Shown here: positions 29,201 through 37,375 of the stretch, one piece after another
Position numbering within the stretch: the stretch's first letter is position 1
How the letters are laid out: each line of letters starts with the position of its first letter
Source of the DNA: an uncultured bacterium
Lineage (GTDB): Bacteria > Verrucomicrobiota > Kiritimatiellia > RFP12 > UBA1067
Assembly (NCBI GenBank): GCA_902802945.1
Contig: CADCOC010000016.1
Coordinates: forward strand, 10,269-74,268
Direction of reading: 5' to 3'
DNA length: 64,000 bases
Made by a program: the position numbers and the translations under genes
The notes under the pieces: generated by a model
Seen by the model: only the letters and a program-made list of their open reading frames with translations
Databases searched by the model: none
Told to the model about the DNA's origin: nothing

Positions 29201-30737
29201 AGCGGCAGGCGTTCTTGCCTCCGCTTGCGGCCGAGAACTTGTAGTAACCGGCGGGGAGCCACAGAAGGAAGCGGCCCGTTGACGCGGCGGATGTCGCAGT
29301 GATCGCCGCGCCCGTCGTGAGGTTCGTCGCCGTGACGGTTACGCCGCCCACAGGCGAGCCCGAGTCGTTGAGCAACGTGCCACTGACGATGGAAAGTCCG
29401 GGCTCGCGGGAAACGCCGTTCTTGTCCGTAGGCGGATAGAGATTGTAGATCACGCCGGTGATTGCGGTGAATTCATAACCATAATGCGTACACTTCAGAT
29501 TCGGCGGCGTGTACCAGGCGGTGTCCGTGCCGTTCCATCCCATGTTGAAGTGCACGTAAAGCGTCTTGGACGAGTCATAACCGTAGCCGTCGCCTACGAT
29601 GGCGTGCCCGGGATTGGAGATGGTGACACCGCAGGGAAGCCCCGCGTCAAAGTTGGAGAGCATGGCATTCAGCGCTTCCTCAGTCGTTATGGTCCCCCAG
29701 GGATTGCAACGAAGCGCCATGTTCTGGTACGCAAACTGCTCGACAAGGGCCCTTGCGCAAGTACAGAGGCCCGCACCGCTGCCTGTGGACTCGTAATGCA
29801 TCCCGGCTGCAAGGCCGACGTCGAGGGTCAGTCGTCCGATGGCGTCATAGTGGGCGTTGGCAGACGGCGTGTTGGGCATGTTGCTCCAGTCGTATGGCAC
29901 AGAGGTGTCAAAGGGAGTGACAGCCCATGGCGTCCATGAACCGCTGCCCGCCTTTTTCCAGCCGGCGGAGAGGTTCCAAGCCCCGTCAGTGTCGTCGGCG
30001 TCAACCTTGCCGGCGTAGGCCCGCACGTTGGCTTTCTTGTGGGCAGCGTCTGGCCACGACCAGTAGCGCATCAACTGAGCACCCATGGTGGCGACGCATC
30101 CGCACACATAGTTGCCAGGCGTGTACTTGTTGTAGCAGAGATTGCCATTGACGTAACTCTGCCCCCATGCCGTCGTCACAAGCGGGGCGACGCGAAGATC
30201 GACGGGTTCCTGGGTCGTTCCCTTGAGACGCAACCCACCTTTTGCGCTCGCCGCCCCGCGCAGCCGCGCCCACTTGGCGGCCTTGCCATCTTGCTGTTGT
30301 GCGCTTGCTGTCCCCGCGAGCCGCCGACCGCCGGCAGTTCCGGCCGCATTGGCCGTATTGGCCGAACACAGTTCGGCCATCATGGCCGCCACGTCGATGT
30401 TAAGCATCGCCATGAGCGGGTTTTCGATAGCGTTGGTATTCCACACGCCTTCCTTCGAGTAGGCAAGGATCGGCTCAAGCTCGGTGTCGCCCGAAGTGAC
30501 CACGAAACCGCCACCTTGGAGATTCACCACGTAGTACTTGCCCTTGCCGTCCTTCGCGTCATACGAAAGCACGCTTTCCGGCTCGGCGGTAATCGCCTCT
30601 CCAAGGGACTCCCGGAGGTTGATCCACCCTCTTGCCGCATCTTCGGCGACGTCGGACGAAACCTCCTCGCCCATCGCCAATGAGAGCCAGAGAGCCGACA
30701 TTGAAACGGCGATAGCTGCTTTTACCGTTTTTTTCAT
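26238..30737 (-). CDS. Peptidase C10 multidomain secreted protease, paralog 2, with two LamG-like domains
   Basis: Start at MKKTVKAAIA, matching the paralog 3 N-terminus. GCVATMGAQ, GHAIVGDGY, HFNMGW. Duplicated WLDAS...RW.SR...E...DRVL..ER..V..YLQ.KW domain. Ends KFYKAVIE. Confidence 0.9.
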   Translation of the reverse strand: MKKTVKAAIAVSMSALWLSLAMGEEVSSDVAEDAARGWINLRESLGEAITAEPESVLSYDAKDGKGKYYVVNLQGGGFVVTSGDTELEPILAYSKEGVWNTNAIENPLMAMLNIDVAAMMAELCSANTANAAGTAGGRRLAGTASAQQQDGKAAKWARLRGAASAKGGLRLKGTTQEPVDLRVAPLVTTAWGQSYVNGNLCYNKYTPGNYVCGCVATMGAQLMRYWSWPDAAHKKANVRAYAGKVDADDTDGAWNLSAGWKKAGSGSWTPWAVTPFDTSVPYDWSNMPNTPSANAHYDAIGRLTLDVGLAAGMHYESTGSGAGLCTCARALVEQFAYQNMALRCNPWGTITTEEALNAMLSNFDAGLPCGVTISNPGHAIVGDGYGYDSSKTLYVHFNMGWNGTDTAWYTPPNLKCTHYGYEFTAITGVIYNLYPPTDKNGVSREPGLSIVSGTLLNDSGSPVGGVTVTATNLTTGAAITATSAASTGRFLLWLPAGYYKFSAASGGKNACRYKYINSVSDNINDEGGQTYPPNGKVGNVHGFELTLDNQIPAVTDIIQDSASFWLDASDASTITTNANGEVTRWNSRVGSNSAGQSTGSNVTLSYPKYEATRFGMPTVDFGDVGSGRDLAFSTVGNIRMAFWVVKMPKSKDAFWLGDYGSNGAWNYHFSRGENGQWTSSYNPTLLEGEKFARFWDGTNEVANMTSECPDDSRFLVVAAEMNEGAYANRITQDRYIDRNGGKQLSELILFDRVLTDEERVAVTQYLQNKWTFEYPAMNDSVLWLDASATDTITTNASGEVTRWDSRFGDNYARPMHDNLASPLYDTTTYGKPTVDFGALGSGKDLGFDAIRNIRTFFMVVKIQKDIGAMWLTCADERHYEFARGEKSKNGAYAADYSKISRMWDGGAQVADIYNEYPSDTQFIVVAGEMSENSTANSITCDRYNYNVNNRNGGKQLCELLVYNRVLSDAERIEVTEYLQAKWPTAATPTSPTATTFYTDSYPVTLECATAGAAIYYTVDGSEPTTNSTLYAGPFTITDTTTVKARAVARGYFDSEVFTQTFTIAPQAATPTSTSTAGYRNTLVDLATATPGATIRYTTDGSDPTAESPVYDGTINVTNRTGATTVKAVVFADGYRPSDVFTYDYYVKQFFGPTNGANVATWEDTPENRAAHWVHEDEDFKEATGLWSNAVEYVNHKVAIEERNEFTADNPSDARNVIIETTLSFDGAAEEHEDYDGAKAAIRIGTNSCFQVYTTNANGRVWLDAEGASAETNRDYIVRLELDFTNKTYTVAVKNGLEYATLYDGAVTNFPFAYSDGTPYVQTFEFDGEGSVGSIYGSYTNRVVVFVTDEVVTVSDGTATLTASQADWLNKRGDHAAVAAVIRTLTSDQFARAYLLNENIMNASYSVDGWGSFEITDIDVGASAVIVKVKLVRNFAVMDGAKAAPINGTLKVYGGANVSGINTQIQDYELNDNDLHFRDGEEATFVIDKGAIKFYKAVIE

Positions 30738-30804
30738 TTTTCTTCTCCGTTTTCTTTTCTCTGCGTTCTCTGTCTCTCTGCACCTCTGCGCGAGATTAGC
30801 CGTC

Positions 30805-33800
30805 CTACTCAATCACGGCCTTATAGAACTTGATGGCGCCCTTGTCGATGATGAACGTCGCCTCTTCTCCGTCGCGGAAATGCACGTCGTTGTCGTTCAG
30901 CTCGTAATCCTGTATCTGGGTGTTGATCCCCGACACGTTCGCGCCGCCGTAGACCTTGAGCGTTCCGTTGATCGGCGCCGCCTTCGCGCCGTCCATCACC
31001 GCGAAGTTGCGTACGAGCTTCACCTTCACGGTGACTGCAGATGCGCCAACGTCAATGTCGGTGATCTCAAACGAGCCCCAGCCGTCCACGCTGTAGCTGG
31101 CGTTCATGATGTTCTCGTTGAGGAGATACGCCCTGGCGAACTGGTCAGACGTCAAGGTTCTGATCATTGCCGCCACAGCCGCGTGGTCGCCACGTGCGTT
31201 CAGCCAGTCCGCCTGGCTCGCGGTGAGCGTCGCGGTGCCGTCGGAAACGGTCACAATCTCATCGGTCACGAACACAACCACCTTGTTCGTGTAGCTGCCG
31301 TAGATGGAAGAGACCGATCCCTCGCCGACATAGCCGATTGAGCACACGTAAGGCGTTTCGCCCGCGAACGCGAACGGGAAAATGGCGTTTCCGCCTGACG
31401 CGAGCGGCTTGAAGTCTGCGCCGTTTTTCACTGCCGCGGAGTAAGTCTTGTTCGTCACGTCAACCTCAATCCTGATGGTATAGTCGTGATTGATCTCAGC
31501 CGTGAGCCCTTCCGCAGTCGTGTCGAGCCACACGGTTCCGTTTTCATTTGTCGTGTAGACCTGGAAGCAGGCATTCGTGCCGATGCGCACAGCCGCCTTC
31601 ACGCCGTCGTAGTCCTGATGATCCTCCGCCATGCTGTTGAACGTCGCCGTTGTCTCGATGATGACGTTGCGCGCATCGGACGGATTGTCGGCCGTGAACT
31701 CGTTCCGCTCGTCGATCGCCACCTTGTGGTTGACGTACTCGACGGCATTGGACCAGAGGCCCGTCGCCTCCTTGTAGTTCTCGTTCTCGAATATCCAGTA
31801 CGCGGCGCGGTTCTCGGGTGTATCCTCATAGCTGGCAGGATTGTCGCCGCTGGTCGGACCGAAGAACTGCTTCACGTAGTAGTCGTAGGTGAACACCTCG
31901 CTCGGACGGTACCCGTCCGCAATCACCACGGCCTTCACCGTCGTGGGACCCGACCCCGTGACGTTGATCACCGTGCCGGGCGTGTAGACCGGGCTTTCCG
32001 CCGTGGGCACGGTGCCGTTCGTCGTGTAGTGGATTTCCGCGCCTGGGACATCGCTCGCAAGATCGACGAGCGTATTGCGGTACCCGGCATCAGAGGTCGC
32101 GGTTGGCGTCGCCGCACGGGCGGCCTGGGTGAAGGTCGCAGATGCCGTGGCGCTGTCGACGTAGTTCGACTTGAACGCCTTGGCCTTGATTGTAGTCGTC
32201 GCGTTCAGCGTGATCGCGCCTGTGTACTGCGCGCTGCTCGCCGTCGGCTCGCTCCCGTTCGTCGTGTAGCGGATCGTTGCGCCCGCCGTCGCGCAGGAGA
32301 GCGAGACAGACAGCGTATCCGTGGCGAATGTCATCGCCGCAGGGGAGAACGTGGGCGTCTCCACTGTTGGGATAAATGTGAACGTGCCGGTATAGACGGC
32401 GCTTTCGAGAGTGGTGGAGGCAATGGCAATCGCCTTGATGGTCGTGGTGGCGGTAATCGTGATCGGCGCGGAATAGACTGTGCTCGACTTGGTGGGCTCG
32501 CTGCCGTCCGTCGTGTAGTAGATCGTCGCGCCCGTCGTCGTGCACGCAAGCGTCACGGCGTGGCTGGCCGTGGTGAACGTCGTCGCCGTGGGCGATGTGG
32601 GCGTCGCGGCGCGGGTGGTCGCCACTGTGACGTTCTCGACCGTCAGGTTCGCCGCGTTGACCGTGCCGTTGTACACGGCGAGCTTCGCGCCGGCGGCGGA
32701 ACTCGTCACCTTGGCGTTCAGGCTGTCGCCGGCGATGGCGTTGACCTTCAGCTCGTACCCGTTGAGGTCGATCGTCGCGCCGCTGTCAACCGCGACGTCG
32801 CCGAGCGCGCGCCAGTCGCAGTCGGAAGAGAGCTTGACGGTCTGCGTGCCGGAACCAAACGTGAAGTGCTCGGGCGAGAACGCGTATTCGCCCGCCCCGT
32901 TGATCTTGATCGTGAGGGGCGTAACGAAATGGTGGTTGCTTTCGAGGATGCGTCCGCCGTAGCCGCCGCCGGTGTCGCCCACGATGAGGCGGAACCTGTG
33001 CCAGCCTTCCTTGACGTCGATGTTGGCGTATGCCTGCTGGCAAGACAAGCCGAAGATCGCCCACTCGTCGTCGACCATGAACGCCATGTAGTCGTCCACG
33101 AATCCATGCAGGCCCCAGTTGCCGGCCTGCGCACGAGAGACGTAGAACCAGCCGTCGTAGCGGAACTGCTTGTTCAAAAGGCCGCTCGGATAGTTCATGC
33201 CGGGGTTGGGGATGATGCCGTTGTGGAGGTTGTCCACGCTGCCCTCGCCCTGAAGGGCGTAGTCGCCCATCGCCGCATCCTTGAACGCCCGGTTTCCGCT
33301 GTTGCCCGCTGCCTTGCTGCCCCAGTACGTCGTCGTGCCGTCATTGCCGAACTGCACCTTGCGCCAGTTGGGCGTGTAGCCGGAGGGGATGGTGAACGCG
33401 GTGTTGCCGCCGGGGATGATGACGGTCGTGTTCGCGTCGGGAAGCGCGCCGGAGATGGTGCTGCCGTTCTGGTCGAGGCAGGTCCAGTTGGCGGAGTTCG
33501 CAAGCGCGGCGGCGGTCGGCGAGGTGGTTCCGCCTTTCCATGTCGCCTTCATGGTGCGGGTGATCTCCGGCGGCGGCATGATTTCGTCCGGGCCGGCGTT
33601 CGCGTTCGCGGAGAGCTGCACGTCGCTCAGGACGCCGTTCCAGATGCGCACCTCGTCGTACTCCGCGCAGGCGTCGCTGTCTGCAGTGTAGAAGGAGTGT
33701 CCGAGGTAGAGGACGGGGTTGGAAATCGACTGGATTCCGTTCGGAATGGTCATCGTCCCGGATTTCTGCAGCACGCCCGTCGCGGCGTCGCGTCGCATCC

Positions 33801-35871
33801 ACCTGACGAACGTCGTGCCGTCGCGCTGGCGCTCGAACGTGGCGGAGATGTGGAACTGCCGTCCGAGCTTGTACGGCGCCATTGAGGTATCGACGGCAAC
33901 CTCCGACGTGTTCTTGGTGCCGGCTCGTTCGTTCGTGATGTCCGTGCCATACGACCACGTAAGGCAGAAGTAATGGGTGTTGTCCGCGCCGTAGTCGAAG
34001 ACGCGCGCCCAGTTGCGGGCGGCCGTCTGCGATGCCCAGATTTCAATCGTGGCGGCTTCTGTGTTCAGGAGATTGGTGCCGAGCTTGAGCGAACCCGAGC
34101 CGTAGCCGCTGCCTGTCAGCTTCGCCTTGCCGTCGGCAATCGTGACGTTGGAGCCGACCTTCGTCGCGGTGGAACCGCCCTGCGAATCGTTGAGGTTGCC
34201 GTTGAAGCTCCAGCGGTGGGCGAGGGACGTGGAGACGGAATACGCGCCGCCAGCCGCGAGATCGAGGTCGAGTCCGTAGATGTTCTCGACGCTGCCAGAG
34301 TACGAGATGCCTCCCGCGCCCGCCGCAATGGACGTCAGGCAGGACTTCACGCGCTGGATCACCCGCGTTGAACTGCTGCCGCTTGTCGCCGTAATGGTGT
34401 GCAGTCCGGCGGGGAGCATGAGCGCGTACTTGCCCGTGGAGGAGGCGGACGTCGTGGTGTAGGACCTACCCGTCTCGCGACACTCCGCCGTGACCGTCGC
34501 GCCGCCCACCCGGCTGCTACCGTTCTTGACGACGCCGCTCACGATGGTCAGGTCCGGGTCGCCTTTCGACGGCGGATAGACATTGTACATGACATCCTGA
34601 ATAGAGGTAAATTTACTGTTTGCCGCAGAGAGGTCTGGCGGCGCGTACCAGCCGTCGCTGCTTCCGGTCCAGCCAAAGTTAAAATGGACATAGAGCGTGC
34701 CGCTTTCGTCATAGCCGTAGCCGTCGGCGACGATGGCATGGGCCGGGACCAGCGTCGGACAGGGAAGCCCCGCGTCAAGGCTTCCGAGCATGGCCGCACG
34801 GCTCGAGTCGTTCCACCCGCTCGTTATCTTCGAGTTGGCGTATGTGAACTGATCGACGATGCGGTGTCCGAAAACTGCACCCGGAGCGCCGCTCGCGCCG
34901 CTGTTGTTCTGGTTGTAGTTCATGAAGCACGTCATGCCGACGTCGCGGGTGAGCTTGCCGATGGCGGCCTTGTAGGTGCTGCTGTCGTAAGACGACGGAC
35001 TGAGCTTAATGTACGACCAATTGTACGTGCCCCCGAAAGCAGGATTCCATGCCGTTCGCGTCGTGGCGGATGCGCTCGCATCATAGCCATTGACGTCCCA
35101 TCCCTTCTGCGTACCGCTGTAGTTGCAGGAGCCGTACCAGTTGGCAGTGGCAGAGATGGAGGCAGTGGGGTATTGCCAGAACCTCATCGTCTGTCCGCCC
35201 ATCGTGGCAACGCAGCCGCAAACGGCACCGCCGGGCGTGTAGTAGTTTTCGCCATGGCCCGACTGTCCCCATTTCGACTGCACGAGCTGATCGCAGCGCA
35301 GGTCGGCGGTGGGTTTGGACGCCTGGAGGCGCAGCCCGCCCTTGCTGCTCGCCGCCGCGCGCAGCCGCGCCCACTTGGCGGCCTTGCCATCTTGCTGTTG
35401 TACGCTTGCTGTCGCCGCCAACCGAAGACCACCACTTTGCTGTTGTACACTTGCTGTCGTCTGGGCCGCGTTGGTCGAACTCAGTTCGACCATCATGGCC
35501 GCCACATCTATCTCAAGCATCGCCATGAGCGGGTTCTCGGCGGCGTTGGTGTTCCACACGCCCTCCTTCGAGTAGGCGAGGATCGGCTCCATCGCCGTAT
35601 CGCCGGAGGTCACGACGAAACCGCCGCCCTCAAGGTTCACAACGTAGTATTTCCCCTTGCCGTCCTTCGCCGTGTACGCGAGGACGTTCGTCGTGGGCTG
35701 AGCGGTGAATTCCGCGCCCAACGCCTCCTTCACGTTCACCCATCCGGCGACGGCGTTCATCGCCTCTTCGCCCGTCACCTCATCCGCGCACAGCGGGAGG
35801 GTTGCACTTGTCGCGACCGCAACCGCAAAGATTGCCGCCGTGTTGAGGAAACTACTAAATATTTTTTGCAT
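30805..35871 (-). CDS. Peptidase C10 multidomain secreted protease, paralog 1, with LamG-like and PA14-like inserts
   Basis: GCVATMGGQ, AHAIVADGY, HFNFGW. HRWSFNG..WARVFDYG..YDEVRIWN (LamG-like) and VDD..GWHRFR (PA14-like). Ends KFYKAVIE. Confidence 0.9.
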   Translation of the reverse strand: MQKIFSSFLNTAAIFAVAVATSATLPLCADEVTGEEAMNAVAGWVNVKEALGAEFTAQPTTNVLAYTAKDGKGKYYVVNLEGGGFVVTSGDTAMEPILAYSKEGVWNTNAAENPLMAMLEIDVAAMMVELSSTNAAQTTASVQQQSGGLRLAATASVQQQDGKAAKWARLRAAASSKGGLRLQASKPTADLRCDQLVQSKWGQSGHGENYYTPGGAVCGCVATMGGQTMRFWQYPTASISATANWYGSCNYSGTQKGWDVNGYDASASATTRTAWNPAFGGTYNWSYIKLSPSSYDSSTYKAAIGKLTRDVGMTCFMNYNQNNSGASGAPGAVFGHRIVDQFTYANSKITSGWNDSSRAAMLGSLDAGLPCPTLVPAHAIVADGYGYDESGTLYVHFNFGWTGSSDGWYAPPDLSAANSKFTSIQDVMYNVYPPSKGDPDLTIVSGVVKNGSSRVGGATVTAECRETGRSYTTTSASSTGKYALMLPAGLHTITATSGSSSTRVIQRVKSCLTSIAAGAGGISYSGSVENIYGLDLDLAAGGAYSVSTSLAHRWSFNGNLNDSQGGSTATKVGSNVTIADGKAKLTGSGYGSGSLKLGTNLLNTEAATIEIWASQTAARNWARVFDYGADNTHYFCLTWSYGTDITNERAGTKNTSEVAVDTSMAPYKLGRQFHISATFERQRDGTTFVRWMRRDAATGVLQKSGTMTIPNGIQSISNPVLYLGHSFYTADSDACAEYDEVRIWNGVLSDVQLSANANAGPDEIMPPPEITRTMKATWKGGTTSPTAAALANSANWTCLDQNGSTISGALPDANTTVIIPGGNTAFTIPSGYTPNWRKVQFGNDGTTTYWGSKAAGNSGNRAFKDAAMGDYALQGEGSVDNLHNGIIPNPGMNYPSGLLNKQFRYDGWFYVSRAQAGNWGLHGFVDDYMAFMVDDEWAIFGLSCQQAYANIDVKEGWHRFRLIVGDTGGGYGGRILESNHHFVTPLTIKINGAGEYAFSPEHFTFGSGTQTVKLSSDCDWRALGDVAVDSGATIDLNGYELKVNAIAGDSLNAKVTSSAAGAKLAVYNGTVNAANLTVENVTVATTRAATPTSPTATTFTTASHAVTLACTTTGATIYYTTDGSEPTKSSTVYSAPITITATTTIKAIAIASTTLESAVYTGTFTFIPTVETPTFSPAAMTFATDTLSVSLSCATAGATIRYTTNGSEPTASSAQYTGAITLNATTTIKAKAFKSNYVDSATASATFTQAARAATPTATSDAGYRNTLVDLASDVPGAEIHYTTNGTVPTAESPVYTPGTVINVTGSGPTTVKAVVIADGYRPSEVFTYDYYVKQFFGPTSGDNPASYEDTPENRAAYWIFENENYKEATGLWSNAVEYVNHKVAIDERNEFTADNPSDARNVIIETTATFNSMAEDHQDYDGVKAAVRIGTNACFQVYTTNENGTVWLDTTAEGLTAEINHDYTIRIEVDVTNKTYSAAVKNGADFKPLASGGNAIFPFAFAGETPYVCSIGYVGEGSVSSIYGSYTNKVVVFVTDEIVTVSDGTATLTASQADWLNARGDHAAVAAMIRTLTSDQFARAYLLNENIMNASYSVDGWGSFEITDIDVGASAVTVKVKLVRNFAVMDGAKAAPINGTLKVYGGANVSGINTQIQDYELNDNDVHFRDGEEATFIIDKGAIKFYKAVIE

Positions 35872-35891
35872 GTCGTGTCCCTTTTATGGCG

Positions 35892-37286
35892 CTATGGTTT
35901 CTGAACCGGCGACACGTGCCCGGTGAGGCGGATGAGCTCTGCCTCGGCGATCTCGCCCGCGTAGAACGCCTTCACGCGGGCTCCGAGCGCGCTCGCGTAT
36001 CCGCTCGCGGCGTCGGTGAAGTCGATGCGCGAGGCGTCACCGAGGCGGTACTGCTCCACCACGGTGTCGAGGTTCTCCTTCGCCTGCTGCACCTCGATGC
36101 GCGCAGTCGCAAGCGACTCGCGCGCGTTGTCGCGTGTCGCCGCCGCCACGGCGAGGTCGCGCGAGAGATCCTGTTCCGCCTCTTCCAGCGCCACGCGCGC
36201 AAGTTCCATCGCCACCACGGCCTCGTCAACGAGCGTCCGCTTGCGGAAACCGTCCAGAATGTTCTGCACCGCCCGGAAGCCCCACGACCAGTTCCAGGTG
36301 GGGTCGGCGAACGAGAACGCACTCGAGAAAGAAAGCGACGGGAAGAGGTCCGCGATCGCGTAGTCCACCTCGGCGGACGCCGCACGCAGCTTCGCGCGCA
36401 GCACCATGAGGGATGGCGCGTTCGTGCGCGCGAGGTTGAGCGCCTCGGCCGAATTGTAAGTCGTGGGCTTCAGGTCGGATTTCGACGTGGCAAGGGCATC
36501 CGCCGCTACGGACATAACGTCCTCGCGCGTGGCACGTTCAGCGGAGAGGCCAAGCGCGCGGATGAACGCCGCGCCGGCCGTCACCACCTCGTTAGAGGCG
36601 TTGATCGTGGCAAGCCGCGCATCCGAGAGGTCCACGCGCGCCTTCAGCACGTCAAGCTTCTTCACCTCCCCTTCCGAGAACAGCGACTCAGCCTGCCTAA
36701 GGTGCTCAGCGTACTGGAACTCGTTCGTGCGTGCGACCTCCAGCAGCGCGTCGTTCCGGAGTAGCGTGAAGTACGACTTCGCCACGTCGTTGAACACGGC
36801 GAACTCCGCATCCGCGAGATTGCGTTGCGCCGCAACGAGGTTCTCGCGCGCCTGGTGCTCCCGCGCGTCAATGCGCCCGAAGTCGTAGATGAGAAGATCA
36901 AGAGACACATCTGTTGTGAACTTGCCACTGTTCTGATGCCAGGAAAAGTGGGTCGAACGGTTCGCTGTGGACTGCGAGAAGCCGCTTGAGAGGTTCAACT
37001 GGAGGTCGCGGTCGCTCGTCACGCGCGAGAGTTCCAGCATGGCGTTGGTCACGGCGAGATGCGCAGCCTCTATGCTCGGACGGTGGTTCATCGCCCACGC
37101 CACGTAGTCGACGAGGCGAAAGCCCCGCAAATCCACGTGCGTAACCTCTTTCGAGTTTGCACTCGCATCGTCCGCCGCCTGAGCCACGTCGGCCTGCGCC
37201 GTGCGAGCGCGCTTTATCGTGCTGCACCCGCACGCGCACACTAGCGCCGCCGCGGCGCACAAACCTAATCTGCCTAATGAAGTCAT
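35892..37286 (-). CDS. TolC-family outer membrane efflux lipoprotein
   Basis: Lipobox CACGC, LIYDFG, VAKSYFTLL, DVLKAR, EQYRLG. Start placed at the second ATG, 6 nt after TATAAT. Confidence 0.85.
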   Translation of the reverse strand: MTSLGRLGLCAAAALVCACGCSTIKRARTAQADVAQAADDASANSKEVTHVDLRGFRLVDYVAWAMNHRPSIEAAHLAVTNAMLELSRVTSDRDLQLNLSSGFSQSTANRSTHFSWHQNSGKFTTDVSLDLLIYDFGRIDAREHQARENLVAAQRNLADAEFAVFNDVAKSYFTLLRNDALLEVARTNEFQYAEHLRQAESLFSEGEVKKLDVLKARVDLSDARLATINASNEVVTAGAAFIRALGLSAERATREDVMSVAADALATSKSDLKPTTYNSAEALNLARTNAPSLMVLRAKLRAASAEVDYAIADLFPSLSFSSAFSFADPTWNWSWGFRAVQNILDGFRKRTLVDEAVVAMELARVALEEAEQDLSRDLAVAAATRDNARESLATARIEVQQAKENLDTVVEQYRLGDASRIDFTDAASGYASALGARVKAFYAGEIAEAELIRLTGHVSPVQKP

Positions 37287-37292
37287 GCGCAT

Positions 37293-37323
37293 ATTATAAC
37301 ATACCTATGGGTATGTCAGTCAA
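37293..37323 (-). promoter_or_regulatory. Promoter with a dyad operator filling a 19-bp spacer
   Basis: TTGACT-N19-TATAAT with ACATACC-N4-GGTATGT at 37299-37316. Confidence 0.7.
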
Positions 37324-37375
37324 CAATGTAGACCAAATGGAACTAAAAAAGTTTGTCAACCATGAACTTAAAAAA

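Noticed and set aside
22267-35871. Diversity-generating retroelement template and variable repeats
   Set aside because: There is no reverse transcriptase, and differences between repeats are not visibly adenine-specific.
22261-35904. Long + strand ORFs (692, 540, 799, 501 aa) and similar ones across the window
   Set aside because: They are in-register antisense frames produced by GC-biased codon usage, are V/R/D-rich and have no motifs.
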